A DNA stretch of 64,000 nt from an uncultured Bacteroidales bacterium (GCA_944326315.1 CALVDP010000003.1:3842-67841); one strand, 5' to 3'. Shown: positions 21,301 to 30,237, counted from the first letter of the stretch. Numbers and translations are program-made. The notes: generated by a model from the letters alone, not told the origin.

Positions 21301-21604
21301 TCTCTATCTCCTCATCAACCTTCTTGACAAGCTTGTCGGACTCTGTGGCCAGAGCCTCTTTCCTGTCCACCGGTATATCTTTCTCCAGTTCTTCCTTTAT
21401 CTGTGCTATACGGGTCTCGTCTTCGGCTATCCTGTCACGGATAATCTGCCTGAGTCCGGCCGATCTGGCCCTCAACTCATCCACAGGAAGCTTATCGATC
21501 TCGTCATACGCCTTCAGGATTTTGGCGAGTATCGGCTGCAGCTGCTTCAGGTCTCTCTCAGCCTTCGTCCCGAACATTTTCTTGAACAAATCTGCTACTG
21601 ACAT
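18332..21604 (-). CDS. secA: Preprotein translocase ATPase SecA
   Basis: [40 protein letters not shown]-terminal [13 protein letters not shown]. Confidence 0.98.
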   Translation of the reverse strand: MSVADLFKKMFGTKAERDLKQLQPILAKILKAYDEIDKLPVDELRARSAGLRQIIRDRIAEDETRIAQIKEELEKDIPVDRKEALATESDKLVKKVDEEIEKVLEEILPEAFAVMKSTARRFKENPEIRVKATDFDRQLSATKDFVRIEGDDAIWQNHWMAGGNEVTWDMVHYDVQLIGGIVLHQGKIAEMATGEGKTLVATLPVFLNALAGKGVHVVTVNDYLSKRDSEWMGPLYMFHGLSVDCIDKHQPNSEARKKAYACDITFGTNNEFGFDYLRDNMAVSLRDLVQRKHHYAIVDEVDSVLIDDARTPLIISGPVPKGDDQKFLDFKPYVEKLYSNQKTLVTSTLNEAKKLIASGDEREGGKLLLRAYKGLPKYKPLIKYLSEPGIKQILQKTENYYIQDNEREMPIVTDPLYFVINEKQHSVEMTDNGHDLLSSTLSDPKFFILPDVGSAVADVEKSDLTPEEKSVRKDEIMADYALKSERVHTVSQLLKAYAMFEKDIDYVIMDNKVKIVDEQTGRIMEGRRWSDGLHQAVEAKENVKVEAATQTFATITLQNYFRMYHKLAGMTGTAETEAGEFWSIYKLDVVVIPTNRPVARIDYDDQIYKTKKAKYEAVINKIEELTSEGRPVLVGTTDVETSELLSRMLKLRGIQHQVLNAKQHAREAEVVAHAGQTSTVTIATNMAGRGTDIKLSDEVRKAGGLAIIGTERHDSRRVDRQLRGRAGRQGDPGSSMFYVSLEDKLMRLFGSERIAAVVDKLGMQDNEALESSMLSKSIERAQKKVEENNFGIRKRLLEYDDVMNSQREVIYTKRRNALVGDKVDIDVMNMMQDTADILVDNCQGYDFNSFNEEVMRLMSIDAGFDEAFYNKATPKELAERLYQNMREVYDRRMDTMAQRSAPIIKEVYEKQGAIYQNIAIPISDGRKMLTLSVNLKKAYETEGREIARALSKTITLYQIDEHWKEHLRDMDDLKQSVQNATYEQKDPLLIYKFESFNLFKSMLESLNKDILSFLFRAHIPLRDTTQVKAPTQERKPDMSQMRTSRTDLVTNGPDQKSRMPVHVEKTVGRNDPCPCGSGKKYKNCHGKNLA

Positions 21605-21670
21605 ATAATTGGATTTTTTATTCTACTTAAAATATTCCTGACAGACCGTCTGGCCGTCAAAGCAATCCTG

Positions 21671-21678
21671 CAAATATA
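21671..21678 (-). promoter_or_regulatory. -7 promoter box of secA
   Basis: CAAATATA on plus = TATATTTG on minus. Confidence 0.6.
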
Positions 21679-21703
21679 CTAATATTTATTGATATAAAGA
21701 ATA

Positions 21704-21800
21704 ATATCCGCCATATCGGGATCATATCGACATATATCGACGCATATCGGCACATATCGGGATCATATCGACATATATCGGGATCAAATCGGAATCAAAT
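21704..21800. repeat. Tandem ATATCG array with 10-11 bp period
   Basis: ATATCG at 21713, 21724, 21734, 21744, 21754, 21765, 21775; AAATCG at 21786. Confidence 0.9.
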
Positions 21801-21842
21801 GCCGGGAAAGACGCGCCAAGGACCTATCCGACACGGCAGATT

Positions 21843-23039
21843 CTAACGTACAGTCCCCGGATAGCTTTCCAAAGCCTTTCCTATAAGGAATGCTGCACGT
21901 TTCAGATCTTCGGACTTCAGCACATAGGCCATCCTGACTTCATTCCTGCCAAGACCCGGGGTAATATAGAATCCGTTGGCAGGGGCAAGCATGACGCTTT
22001 CCCCTTCATACTGGAATTCAGACAGGCACCATGCGCAGAACTTCTCCGCATCATCCACAGGAAGCGCCGCCATGGCATAGAAAGCGCCGTGCGGTACGGA
22101 TACGGTGACTCCGGGAATTCGGGAAAGGGCATCTACAAGCACCTTGCGCCGGCTGTCGTACTCCGAGATGACATTGTCCAGATAAGACTGGTCTTCATCA
22201 CATGATGCCTCAGCGACAATCTGTCCGAGGAGAGGCGGACTCAGCCTTGCCTGACACAGTTTCAGGACGCCCTGTGTCACGGACCGGTTCCTGGTGATCA
22301 GGGCACCGACACGTATGCCGCACTCCGAATACCGTTTGGAGAAGGAATCTATGAGGACAACATTGTCGTCAAGTCCGGAAAAATGGCCGGCTGAAAAATA
22401 TTCCATCCCGTCATATACGAACTCCCTGTAAACCTCATCGGAAAAAAGATACAGGTCATGTTTCCTTACTATATCTGCAAGCATCTGCATCTCTTTCCTG
22501 TCGTACAGGGTCCCTGACGGATTGTTCGGATTGCATATCAGGATAGCCTTGGTCCTGTCTGTTATAAGTTCTTCGAAATGCTCTACCTGAGGCAGTGCGA
22601 AACCGTCGTCGATATGAGTCTTCAGCGTCCTTACCTTCACGCCGGCGACATCCGCAAAAGCAAGATAGTTCGCATAGGTCGGCTCTGTCGTGATAAGTTC
22701 GTCACCCGGGTCCATGCACGTAAGGAAAGCGAAAAGCACAGCTTCTGATGCCCCGGTCGTCACAGTGATATCCTCAGGGGTGAACTGCATGCCGTATCTT
22801 GCATAATATTCAGAAATCTTCTTTCTCAGCGAAAGGAAACCCTCCGACGGGCTGTATTCCAGCACCTGGCGGTCGATTTTCTTCAGGCTCGCCAGCCCCC
22901 TGTCCGGAGTCCTGATATCCGGCTGTCCGATATTGAGATGATAGATTCTGACACCTTTCGACTTCGCCCTGTCGGCAAGCGGGGTCAATTTCCGGATCGG
23001 CGAACTTGCCATTCCTGTGATCCTGTCCGATATTTTCAT
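21843..23039 (-). CDS. Class I/II PLP-dependent aminotransferase
   Basis: HLNIGQPD, CNPNNPSG, SDEVY, DSFSKRYSECGIRVG. Confidence 0.92.
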   Translation of the reverse strand: MKISDRITGMASSPIRKLTPLADRAKSKGVRIYHLNIGQPDIRTPDRGLASLKKIDRQVLEYSPSEGFLSLRKKISEYYARYGMQFTPEDITVTTGASEAVLFAFLTCMDPGDELITTEPTYANYLAFADVAGVKVRTLKTHIDDGFALPQVEHFEELITDRTKAILICNPNNPSGTLYDRKEMQMLADIVRKHDLYLFSDEVYREFVYDGMEYFSAGHFSGLDDNVVLIDSFSKRYSECGIRVGALITRNRSVTQGVLKLCQARLSPPLLGQIVAEASCDEDQSYLDNVISEYDSRRKVLVDALSRIPGVTVSVPHGAFYAMAALPVDDAEKFCAWCLSEFQYEGESVMLAPANGFYITPGLGRNEVRMAYVLKSEDLKRAAFLIGKALESYPGTVR

Positions 23040-23233
23040 CTGTTCCTGTCTTAAAATCCAACAATGTCGCTTTGCCGGCACGGTCCGGCTATGCAAATAT
23101 AGTCTTTTTTGACAGAACAAGCAGATCTAACACATGTTGTGCACACATGATGTGCACCTCACCGTTCTTGTCAACCTGACACATGCTGCCAAAATATCAG
23201 GAATATCAGGAATAAGACGTATATTTGCATCTT

Positions 23234-23680
23234 ATGGAAAATTCTGACGAGAAATACATGAAAGAGGCCCTTAAGGAAGCCTGCGCCGCATGTGAGGAAG
23301 ACGAAGTCCCCGTAGGTGCAGTGGTGGTCTGCGAGGGTCGGATAATAGGACGGGGACACAACATGACTGAAAGGCTCGGTGATCCCACAGCACATGCTGA
23401 AATGATAGCCATCACGGCGGCAACCCAGGCCATGGGAGGAAAATATCTGGAAAACTGCACCCTGTATGTAACGGTCGAGCCGTGCAGCATGTGCGCTTCA
23501 GCCTTGTGTTGGGCCCATGTCGGGGAAATCGTCTACGGGGCGGACGATCCGAAACGAGGATATTCCCTGTTCACTCCTTCCCTGCTGCATCCCAGGACAA
23601 AAGTGAGGAAAGGTGTCATGGCTGCAGAGTGCGGCAGGATCGTGTCTGACTTTTTCCGTGGAAAAAGGGAACAGGCATGA
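23234..23680 (+). CDS. tadA: Nucleoside deaminase, probable tRNA adenosine(34) deaminase
   Basis: EVPVGAVVV, AHAEMIAI, TVEPCSMC, YGADDPKRG. Confidence 0.85.
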   Translation: MENSDEKYMKEALKEACAACEEDEVPVGAVVVCEGRIIGRGHNMTERLGDPTAHAEMIAITAATQAMGGKYLENCTLYVTVEPCSMCASALCWAHVGEIVYGADDPKRGYSLFTPSLLHPRTKVRKGVMAAECGRIVSDFFRGKREQA

Positions 23681-24114
23681 CAGGGCTTGAAGAACTCGGC
23701 CTGCTCGGGCTGTTCATCGGCACATTCCTGGCCGCGACAATATTTCCATTCAGCTCGGATGCCTTGTATCTTGCTGTCCTGGCCGCAACCGGAAATCCTG
23801 CCGGATGCCTTGCCGCAGGGACATTGGGCAACTGGCTCGGAAGCGTTCTTACATACTTCATCGGATGGATCGGGCGGTGGGAATGGATAGAGAAATGGTT
23901 CAAGGTCAAGCCTGAGACCCTCGCCAGACAGAAAGAACGGATAGACAGATACGGTGTGTGGCTCGCCCTCATATGCTGGGTGCCGGTGATTGGTGATGTC
24001 ATAGCGATTGCCCTTGGCTTCTACAGGACAAGGCCGTTCTGGACAATAGTGCTCCTGCTTGTCGGCAAATTTCTTCGGTTCCTGGTCTGGAATCTTGTCT
24101 ATGGCCTGTTCTGA
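23677..24114 (+). CDS. YqaA/DedA (VTT domain) membrane protein
   Basis: FLAATIFPFSSD, GNWLGSVLTY, WVPVIGDVI; ATGA overlap with tadA. Confidence 0.85.
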   Translation: MTGLEELGLLGLFIGTFLAATIFPFSSDALYLAVLAATGNPAGCLAAGTLGNWLGSVLTYFIGWIGRWEWIEKWFKVKPETLARQKERIDRYGVWLALICWVPVIGDVIAIALGFYRTRPFWTIVLLLVGKFLRFLVWNLVYGLF

Positions 24115-24201
24115 CCGCATGTCAGACGTCTTCCACATTGCAGTCCGCGTCAGCAGTGCCGCCGCCGGCTTCATGCAAGCAGCAGAGACCCGGCCTTATG
24201 T

Positions 24202-24245
24202 GAAAACCGCCTGAATCCTTGTTTGACAACGACTCAGGCGGTTTC
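24202..24245. terminator. Likely bidirectional terminator between yqaA-like gene and tRNA-Gln
   Basis: aaaccgcctga / tcaggcggttt perfect 11-bp arms. Confidence 0.7.
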
Positions 24246-24247
24246 AG

Positions 24248-24318
24248 TTGAGATACCAAGATTCGAACTTGGACAGACAGAACCAAAATCTGTAGTGCTA
24301 CCATTACACCATATCTCA
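24248..24318 (-). tRNA. tRNA-Gln(TTG)
   Basis: TGAGATA/TATCTCA acceptor stem, ACAGA-TTTTGGT-TCTGT anticodon arm, GTTCGAATC T loop; promoter box TATATTTG at 24328-24335. Confidence 0.95.
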
Positions 24319-24363
24319 ATTCCGCTGCAAATATAGTCTTAAATTTGCTTATGTGCAACTCTC

Positions 24364-24394
24364 TTTGTTTTCTTGCGTATAAATGCTAACTTTG
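24364..24394 (+). promoter_or_regulatory. Promoter of aldose epimerase gene
   Basis: TTTG (24364-24367), 19-nt spacer, TAACTTTG (24387-24394). Confidence 0.75.
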
Positions 24395-24433
24395 GAAGCA
24401 GCCTTATCAATACTGATACAAGACATTCGTTAT

Positions 24434-25312
24434 ATGCGCAAGACACTTGACAACGGCATTCTGACAATCGAGGCAGACAGCCATGGCGCGGAACTTTGCA
24501 GTATCCGCAGGAACGGTACGGAATATCTCTGGCAGGCCGACCCGGCTTTCTGGGGGCGTCATTCGCCAGTGCTTTTCCCTATTGTCGGGAAAGTATGGGA
24601 AGACAGATACAGGGTAGACGGACGGGAATTCAGCCTGTCACAGCACGGATTCGCCAGGGACATGGAATTCTCGCCGGTACGGGACGAAGACAATGAGATG
24701 ATGTTCAGGCTGGAGGATACAGCCGCAACCATGGAGAAGTATCCCTTCCATTTCTGTCTTGAAATAGGCTACAGACTCGAAGGGGATGAAATCAAGGTGC
24801 TCTGGAAAGTCCGCAATACGGGTGACGGGACTATGTATTTCCAGATAGGGGCGCATCCGGCATTCCTGTATCCCGACTATGTGCCAGGGACATCCGGAAG
24901 AGGATTTTTCCATTTCGGAGGGAAAAAAGACATAGGGTACATACTGATCAGCGAGAAAGGCTGCGCCGACACCGCACACAGATACACCCTCGGCATGGAC
25001 GGGGAATATATGCCGCTTGATACGGGAACATTCGACAAGGACGCACTGATCATAGACAATTCCCAGGTGGACAAGGTCACGCTCTGCCGTCAGGACAAAT
25101 CGCCATGGCTCAGTCTGAGCTTCAAGGCTCCGGTCGTAGGACTATGGTCGCCTCCGGGCAAGGACGCACCCTTCGTATGCATCGAGCCGTGGTACGGACG
25201 CTGCGACAGGACCGGATACACGGGAGACATCAAGGACAGGGACTGGATGAATGCCCTGGCCCCGGGAGCGATATTCGAAAGCTGCTACACCATCAGGCCC
25301 GAGGTACGGTAA
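24434..25312 (+). CDS. Aldose 1-epimerase family protein (LacX-like)
   Basis: HGAELCSI, EYLWQAD, PVLFPIVG, HGFARD, FQIGAHPAF, FVCIEPW. Confidence 0.9.
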   Translation: MRKTLDNGILTIEADSHGAELCSIRRNGTEYLWQADPAFWGRHSPVLFPIVGKVWEDRYRVDGREFSLSQHGFARDMEFSPVRDEDNEMMFRLEDTAATMEKYPFHFCLEIGYRLEGDEIKVLWKVRNTGDGTMYFQIGAHPAFLYPDYVPGTSGRGFFHFGGKKDIGYILISEKGCADTAHRYTLGMDGEYMPLDTGTFDKDALIIDNSQVDKVTLCRQDKSPWLSLSFKAPVVGLWSPPGKDAPFVCIEPWYGRCDRTGYTGDIKDRDWMNALAPGAIFESCYTIRPEVR

Positions 25313-25380
25313 GAAATCAGACATCGCCAGACCCGGGACACGATAAGAAATCGGACACCATCAGGCCCGAGGTACGGTAG
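25284..25380 (+). repeat. 34-bp tandem repeat (~2.7 units) at a convergent gene junction
   Basis: acaccatcaggcccgaggtacggta at 25287 and 25355; degenerate middle unit 25310-25343. Confidence 0.85.
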
Positions 25381-25382
25381 TA

Positions 25383-27452
25383 TCAGGAATTGCCCATCGG
25401 GTCAGAAAAGGATACCATATCCTCCATATCGACCTGCTCCGGATAAAGGATGATGAAATTCCCTATCGACTGGTTCCGGAGCAGAAGCTGCGGAAGCTTG
25501 TCCAGAACCGGATTGTATGATATCGAGCCGCTTCTTGCGCTCACGACCACAAGGATATCCTCCGGTTTCATTTCCGCGGACATCTGTTCCTGCAACGAAA
25601 GCCTCTCGACAGGAAGGAATCTGGATGAGGTCCCGAATCCGTAATACGAAGCTTTCTTCCGGATCTGCTCCATCGTGACATTCTCGGATATGAAACTTAT
25701 CCTGCACCCGAGCTGGCCCGACATGCGGCCGAGATGTCCCATCCATCTTGAAAACCCGGCCTCGTATTCAGCACGTGGAGGGACTATGACATGTATGGCC
25801 TTGAGAGTATTGACAGGAATTGTCAGCCTTGCGACTATCACCTCCACACTCGTCCCCCTGAGCAGATTGCTTGTCAGTGCCCCGAAAAATGAATCGAGAA
25901 AGCCTGTCTTCTGATGAAGGCCAAGGACTATATCCGTAGCAGAATATTCCTTGAGAGTGTGTATGATACCTGTCGATATGCTGATATCGTAGCGGCTCAC
26001 CATGCTGAGGCTGACATCGGCCGCAGCCGCGATTTGCGCAGCCTTTTCCAGCCCGCGTCTTCCGCTTGCCGCCCTGTCACCGGCGTTGTCAGAATCCACC
26101 GTGACATTGAGGGCGACGAAATCCCCTCCTGCCCTCGGCTTCATTATGACAAGGGCAAGGTTGATAAGGTTCTCTATCGTATCCGGATTCGCTATCGGTA
26201 TCAGAATACGTTCCTTGGAATTGTCCCTGACCTCTGTTCCTGACGGCTGGCCGCCTGTCGCAAGCTTCCGGCCGGACCAGTCGGTGACAAGCGAACTGAT
26301 GATGCATGTGAAAAGTATCATCACCACTGTGCCGTTCAGCACATCATCGTTCAGAAGCCGCTCCCCGTTCTCCATGATTATCCCGTGTCCGACAAGGACC
26401 GCAGCAAGCGTAGCAGCAGCCTGAGCGTTGCTGAGCCCGAACATCATGCCTCTCTCGTCACGTGACATGCCGAACATCTTCTGAGTCCCCCATGCAGCAA
26501 GCCACTTGCTCAATGTTGCCACCACAGTCATGACCACCGCGACCTTCAGTGCCGTCCCTCCGGCGAAAAGCGTACGCACGTCTATGATCATCCCGACACC
26601 TATCAGGAAATACGGGATAAACAGCGCATTGCCCACGAATTCAAGCCTGTTCATCAACGGCGACACCCTCGGTATGAGCGGATTGAGCACAATCCCCACA
26701 AGGAAGGCACCGAGAATGCCTTCCATACCGGCAAGCGACATAAGGCCTCCCCCAAGGAAGACCATCGCGAGCACGAAGACGAACTGCATGACGGGATCAT
26801 CATACTTGCGGAAGAACCACCTGCCCAGCATCGGGAAACAGAATACTATGAGAAGGCTTATCAGCACCACATTGATGAAGAGAAGAAGCCAGTAGAGACC
26901 GTCGGAAGTTCCCTTGTACATGCCGCTTATCACTGCAAGGATGATAAGGGCCAGGGTGACAGTGATGACAGTCCCCCCTATCGTGATATTGACGCTCCTC
27001 TGCCTCGCGAGCCCGTACCTGCTTACTATCGGGTATGCGACAAGGGTATGGGAGGCGTACATGCTCGCCAGCAATATGGATGTCGTCAGGGAATAATCCA
27101 GGAGCGAGATACTGCTCCATATCCCGAGAGCCATGGGGATAGTGAATGTAAGAATGCCGAACACAAGTCCCTTGACCTTGTTTTTCCGGAAATCCTCCAG
27201 GTCCATCTCAAGACCGGCGAGGAACATAATATAGAAAAGCCCCACACGGCCGAACAGCTCGAAACTGCTGTCCCTTTCAAGGATATTGAAACCGAACTCG
27301 CCCACAGCCACACCGGCAAGAATCATCCCGATGATGTGTGGAATCCTCAACCGTCCGAGAAGAAGCGGAGCGAAAAGAATAATTATCAATACTATAAGAA
27401 AAATCCACGTAGGATCTGTTACAGGAAGGTTGAATACAGAGAGCAGGTCCAT
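25383..27452 (-). CDS. Cation:proton antiporter (CPA2) with C-terminal USP-like domains
   Basis: Many TM helices, EGILGAFLVG, FIPYFLIGVG; soluble RILIPIANPDT region. Confidence 0.88.
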   Translation of the reverse strand: MDLLSVFNLPVTDPTWIFLIVLIIILFAPLLLGRLRIPHIIGMILAGVAVGEFGFNILERDSSFELFGRVGLFYIMFLAGLEMDLEDFRKNKVKGLVFGILTFTIPMALGIWSSISLLDYSLTTSILLASMYASHTLVAYPIVSRYGLARQRSVNITIGGTVITVTLALIILAVISGMYKGTSDGLYWLLLFINVVLISLLIVFCFPMLGRWFFRKYDDPVMQFVFVLAMVFLGGGLMSLAGMEGILGAFLVGIVLNPLIPRVSPLMNRLEFVGNALFIPYFLIGVGMIIDVRTLFAGGTALKVAVVMTVVATLSKWLAAWGTQKMFGMSRDERGMMFGLSNAQAAATLAAVLVGHGIIMENGERLLNDDVLNGTVVMILFTCIISSLVTDWSGRKLATGGQPSGTEVRDNSKERILIPIANPDTIENLINLALVIMKPRAGGDFVALNVTVDSDNAGDRAASGRRGLEKAAQIAAAADVSLSMVSRYDISISTGIIHTLKEYSATDIVLGLHQKTGFLDSFFGALTSNLLRGTSVEVIVARLTIPVNTLKAIHVIVPPRAEYEAGFSRWMGHLGRMSGQLGCRISFISENVTMEQIRKKASYYGFGTSSRFLPVERLSLQEQMSAEMKPEDILVVVSARSGSISYNPVLDKLPQLLLRNQSIGNFIILYPEQVDMEDMVSFSDPMGNS

Positions 27453-27545
27453 ATGTCCGTTTTTAATCTGCAGGCACACCGTCAGGTGCACCGTTTTTTT
27501 TAACAAAAACAACGTCAGTGCGACGCATCAATTCATGTAAATTTA

Positions 27546-27862
27546 ACGTCAGTTCGACGAATTATTCTGTTCAGTATCAGAGATCCCGTCGAACTGACGT
27601 TACGATTTCTCCGAAATCCCTCTCCTTTTTCGTGTCACCCCTCTTAAAGAGGGTGACTCAAAAGTGACTTTTGGTCACCCTCAAACGTCTTTCTTCGAAA
27701 GACTGGACCCATCCTAACCCCCTGTACCCCCTATTAGGGGGATATCGCTTCCTCCGGTCGCGGTCCCTTCGGGACTTTTGACCCAGCCTCCTTACGCCGG
27801 ACTTCGTCCTCCATAGAGGTAATTCGATGAAATTCATTCCATTCATTTCATCGAATTCGCGT
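27546..27862 (+). mobile_element. MITE-like element copy A (317 bp, long central cassette)
   Basis: Ends ACGTCAGTTCGACG / CATCGAATTCGCGT; flanked by perfect direct repeats TAAATTTA (27538-27545, 27863-27870). Confidence 0.85.
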
Positions 27863-27936
27863 TAAATTTAGCAAATAACGGCGGATTTGCATGAAAATAT
27901 TTGCAGAAATGTCTTCAGAAATGTCTTCTGCGCCGC

Positions 27937-29043
27937 TCAGCTCTGCTTCTTGTATGTGACTACGGCAAATATATTGATGACCACAGCAAATACCGAAAGC
28001 ATGACAAAATCAAATGTCAGGTCGGAGAAGCTGCTGCCCTTCAGGCACACTGCCCTCAGTATATTCACGAAATACCTTGTAGGAAGGATGTATGTCACAT
28101 ACTGCGACCATGTCTCCATGGAGCTGACAGGAGTGAAAATACCACTCATCAGCATGAATATCAGGACAAAGAAGAGCATCAGGAAAACAGACTGGAGCAT
28201 GGTCTCGGAATAATTGGAGATGATTAGTCCGAAACCTCCCATGAACACGAGGAAAATCATTGAGCTCACATATATCTCCAGAAGACCTCCGTGTGATGCC
28301 AGGCCGTATACGAAATGGGCTATCACTATGGCCAGCGTGAATGCGAAGATCCCGAGAATCCCATAGAAGACGACCTTGGAAAGGATAAAGTCCCTTTTCC
28401 GCACAGGAGAGACATTGATCTGCTCGATAGTGCCGTTTTCCTTTTCGGAGACAATGCTCAGCGTAGGGAAAAAGCCGCCCACAAGAATTATGACCACAAT
28501 CATCAGGGCCGGGACCATGAAAAGTTTGTATTCAAGATGCGGATTATACCTGTATTGCGGGATAATTGTCAGCGGTGAGGAGGTCTCAAGGCCGGATGAG
28601 CCGGACAACTCGGCGGAATAGTCTGTCACGATAGACGAAAGATAGCCTCCGCCCATCGTCCCCTTGGTATTGTTCACGGCATTGGCCGCTATCAGTATCT
28701 CCACGTTCTCCCCGTTGCCGACAGACCGCTCCGCCCCCTCGGGTATCTCCATGATAATGTCCGCACGCCCCTTGCTGAGCTGCTCCATCGCATCCTCGTA
28801 GGAATCTTCATAGGAGGAAAAGACAAAGTATCCCGAACGAGAGATTCTGTCAATGAGCTGTGTGGACATGGTGGAACGGTCCCTGTCCACTATGGACAGC
28901 CGGACATCCCTCACCTCCATGTTGGCGGCAAGCGGGACCACAAGCATGAGGAGGAGAGGAAGCAGGATCAGGACCACCGGCATGAAAGGATTGGACTTGA
29001 ACTGCCTGGCTTCCTTGACGAACAGATATCCGAATGCTGACAT
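27937..29043 (-). CDS. ABC-2 type transporter permease
   Basis: SIVSEKENGTIEQINVSP, LMSGIFTP; start set at MSAFGYL. Confidence 0.9.
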   Translation of the reverse strand: MSAFGYLFVKEARQFKSNPFMPVVLILLPLLLMLVVPLAANMEVRDVRLSIVDRDRSTMSTQLIDRISRSGYFVFSSYEDSYEDAMEQLSKGRADIIMEIPEGAERSVGNGENVEILIAANAVNNTKGTMGGGYLSSIVTDYSAELSGSSGLETSSPLTIIPQYRYNPHLEYKLFMVPALMIVVIILVGGFFPTLSIVSEKENGTIEQINVSPVRKRDFILSKVVFYGILGIFAFTLAIVIAHFVYGLASHGGLLEIYVSSMIFLVFMGGFGLIISNYSETMLQSVFLMLFFVLIFMLMSGIFTPVSSMETWSQYVTYILPTRYFVNILRAVCLKGSSFSDLTFDFVMLSVFAVVINIFAVVTYKKQS

Positions 29044-29054
29044 AATATATTTAC

Positions 29055-30194
29055 CTATAGCTTGTCCTTGAATTTCACTACGGCAGCCGTGAAGAACATG
29101 GCCGCCATACCTGTCATTACCAATATTTCCATGGTCACATACCTGACCGGAACACCTTCTATCATGATCTTCCTGATGGCTTCTATGAACCATTTGGCCG
29201 GAATCACCTGGGCGAACCACTGCAGGGCCACAGGCATGCTTTCGATAGGGTAAAGCATGCCGCTGAACATCATCACCGGCACCAGGAAAATCATTCCGCA
29301 GATAAGCGTGGCTATTATCTGCGTACGTACAAGAGATGATACAAGCATGCCTATCCCGAGAGACAATATTATATAGATGACAGATACAAGAATCATCCAG
29401 AAAAAGCTTCCGGCCACAGGGACCTTAAGCACGAATATGGTCAGCAGCAATATGTTCAGAAGTACGACACATGCTATCACGAAATAAGGTATCATCTTGG
29501 CCAGCACTATGTTGATAGGCCTGACAGGAGAGACAAGAAGTACCTCCATGCTGCCTGTCTCCTTCTCCCGGACTATGGACACCGATGTCATGAGGGAGCA
29601 TATAAGCATCAGTATGAGCCCCATGATCCCGGGAACGAAGTTGTACGAACTCTTCAATTGCGGATTGTACAGCATGCGGAGGTTGGGGACAAGCATGCCG
29701 GACGCCGAAGACATGTTGGCCGACGCAGCCATACGCATGGATACGGACCTGGAGATGTCACTGCCGAAATATTCGTTGATAATACTGGCCAGATACATCA
29801 CTTCCATCGATGCGTTGTTCGGATTCGTGGCATCGGTGACGACAGAGACCACCGCACCTTCCGGGCTGTAAAGTCCTGAAGTGAAATCGCTCCCGAACAT
29901 CAGAGCCACGTCTATCCTTCCCTGCCTCATCGCCTCGTCTATCTCAGCCTCAGACCTCATCCATCCCACGCTTGTGAAATATCCGCTCTGGTCTATCTTG
30001 TCTGCAAGCCTTGACAGTACGGCATCTTCCTGCGGAGAGAAGAAGCCGATATTGACATTCCTTATCTCCGTAGAAATGGCAAAGCCGAACAGCACAATCA
30101 GCATGGTCGGCAGCCCTATGAGCACAAGAAGAGTCTTCCTGTCCCTGAAAATATGCAGGAACTCTTTCCTTACAAATGCGAAAAATTCTTTCAT
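29055..30194 (-). CDS. ABC-2 type transporter permease
   Basis: KEFLHIFRD, SIVREKETGSMEVLLVSP, FSGMLYPIESMP. Confidence 0.9.
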   Translation of the reverse strand: MKEFFAFVRKEFLHIFRDRKTLLVLIGLPTMLIVLFGFAISTEIRNVNIGFFSPQEDAVLSRLADKIDQSGYFTSVGWMRSEAEIDEAMRQGRIDVALMFGSDFTSGLYSPEGAVVSVVTDATNPNNASMEVMYLASIINEYFGSDISRSVSMRMAASANMSSASGMLVPNLRMLYNPQLKSSYNFVPGIMGLILMLICSLMTSVSIVREKETGSMEVLLVSPVRPINIVLAKMIPYFVIACVVLLNILLLTIFVLKVPVAGSFFWMILVSVIYIILSLGIGMLVSSLVRTQIIATLICGMIFLVPVMMFSGMLYPIESMPVALQWFAQVIPAKWFIEAIRKIMIEGVPVRYVTMEILVMTGMAAMFFTAAVVKFKDKL

Positions 30195-30237
30195 ACCCGC
30201 ACTCCGCTATCTCTGGTTATACTCCTCTCCTGCAACC

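Noticed and set aside
21704-21800. CRISPR interpretation of this array or the 25284-25380 repeats
   Set aside because: No unique spacers between repeats and no cas genes.
21605-21842. Possible replication origin (AT-rich tract, repeats, GATC sites)
   Set aside because: No TTATCCACA-type DnaA boxes seen; the AT-rich part is explained by the secA promoter.
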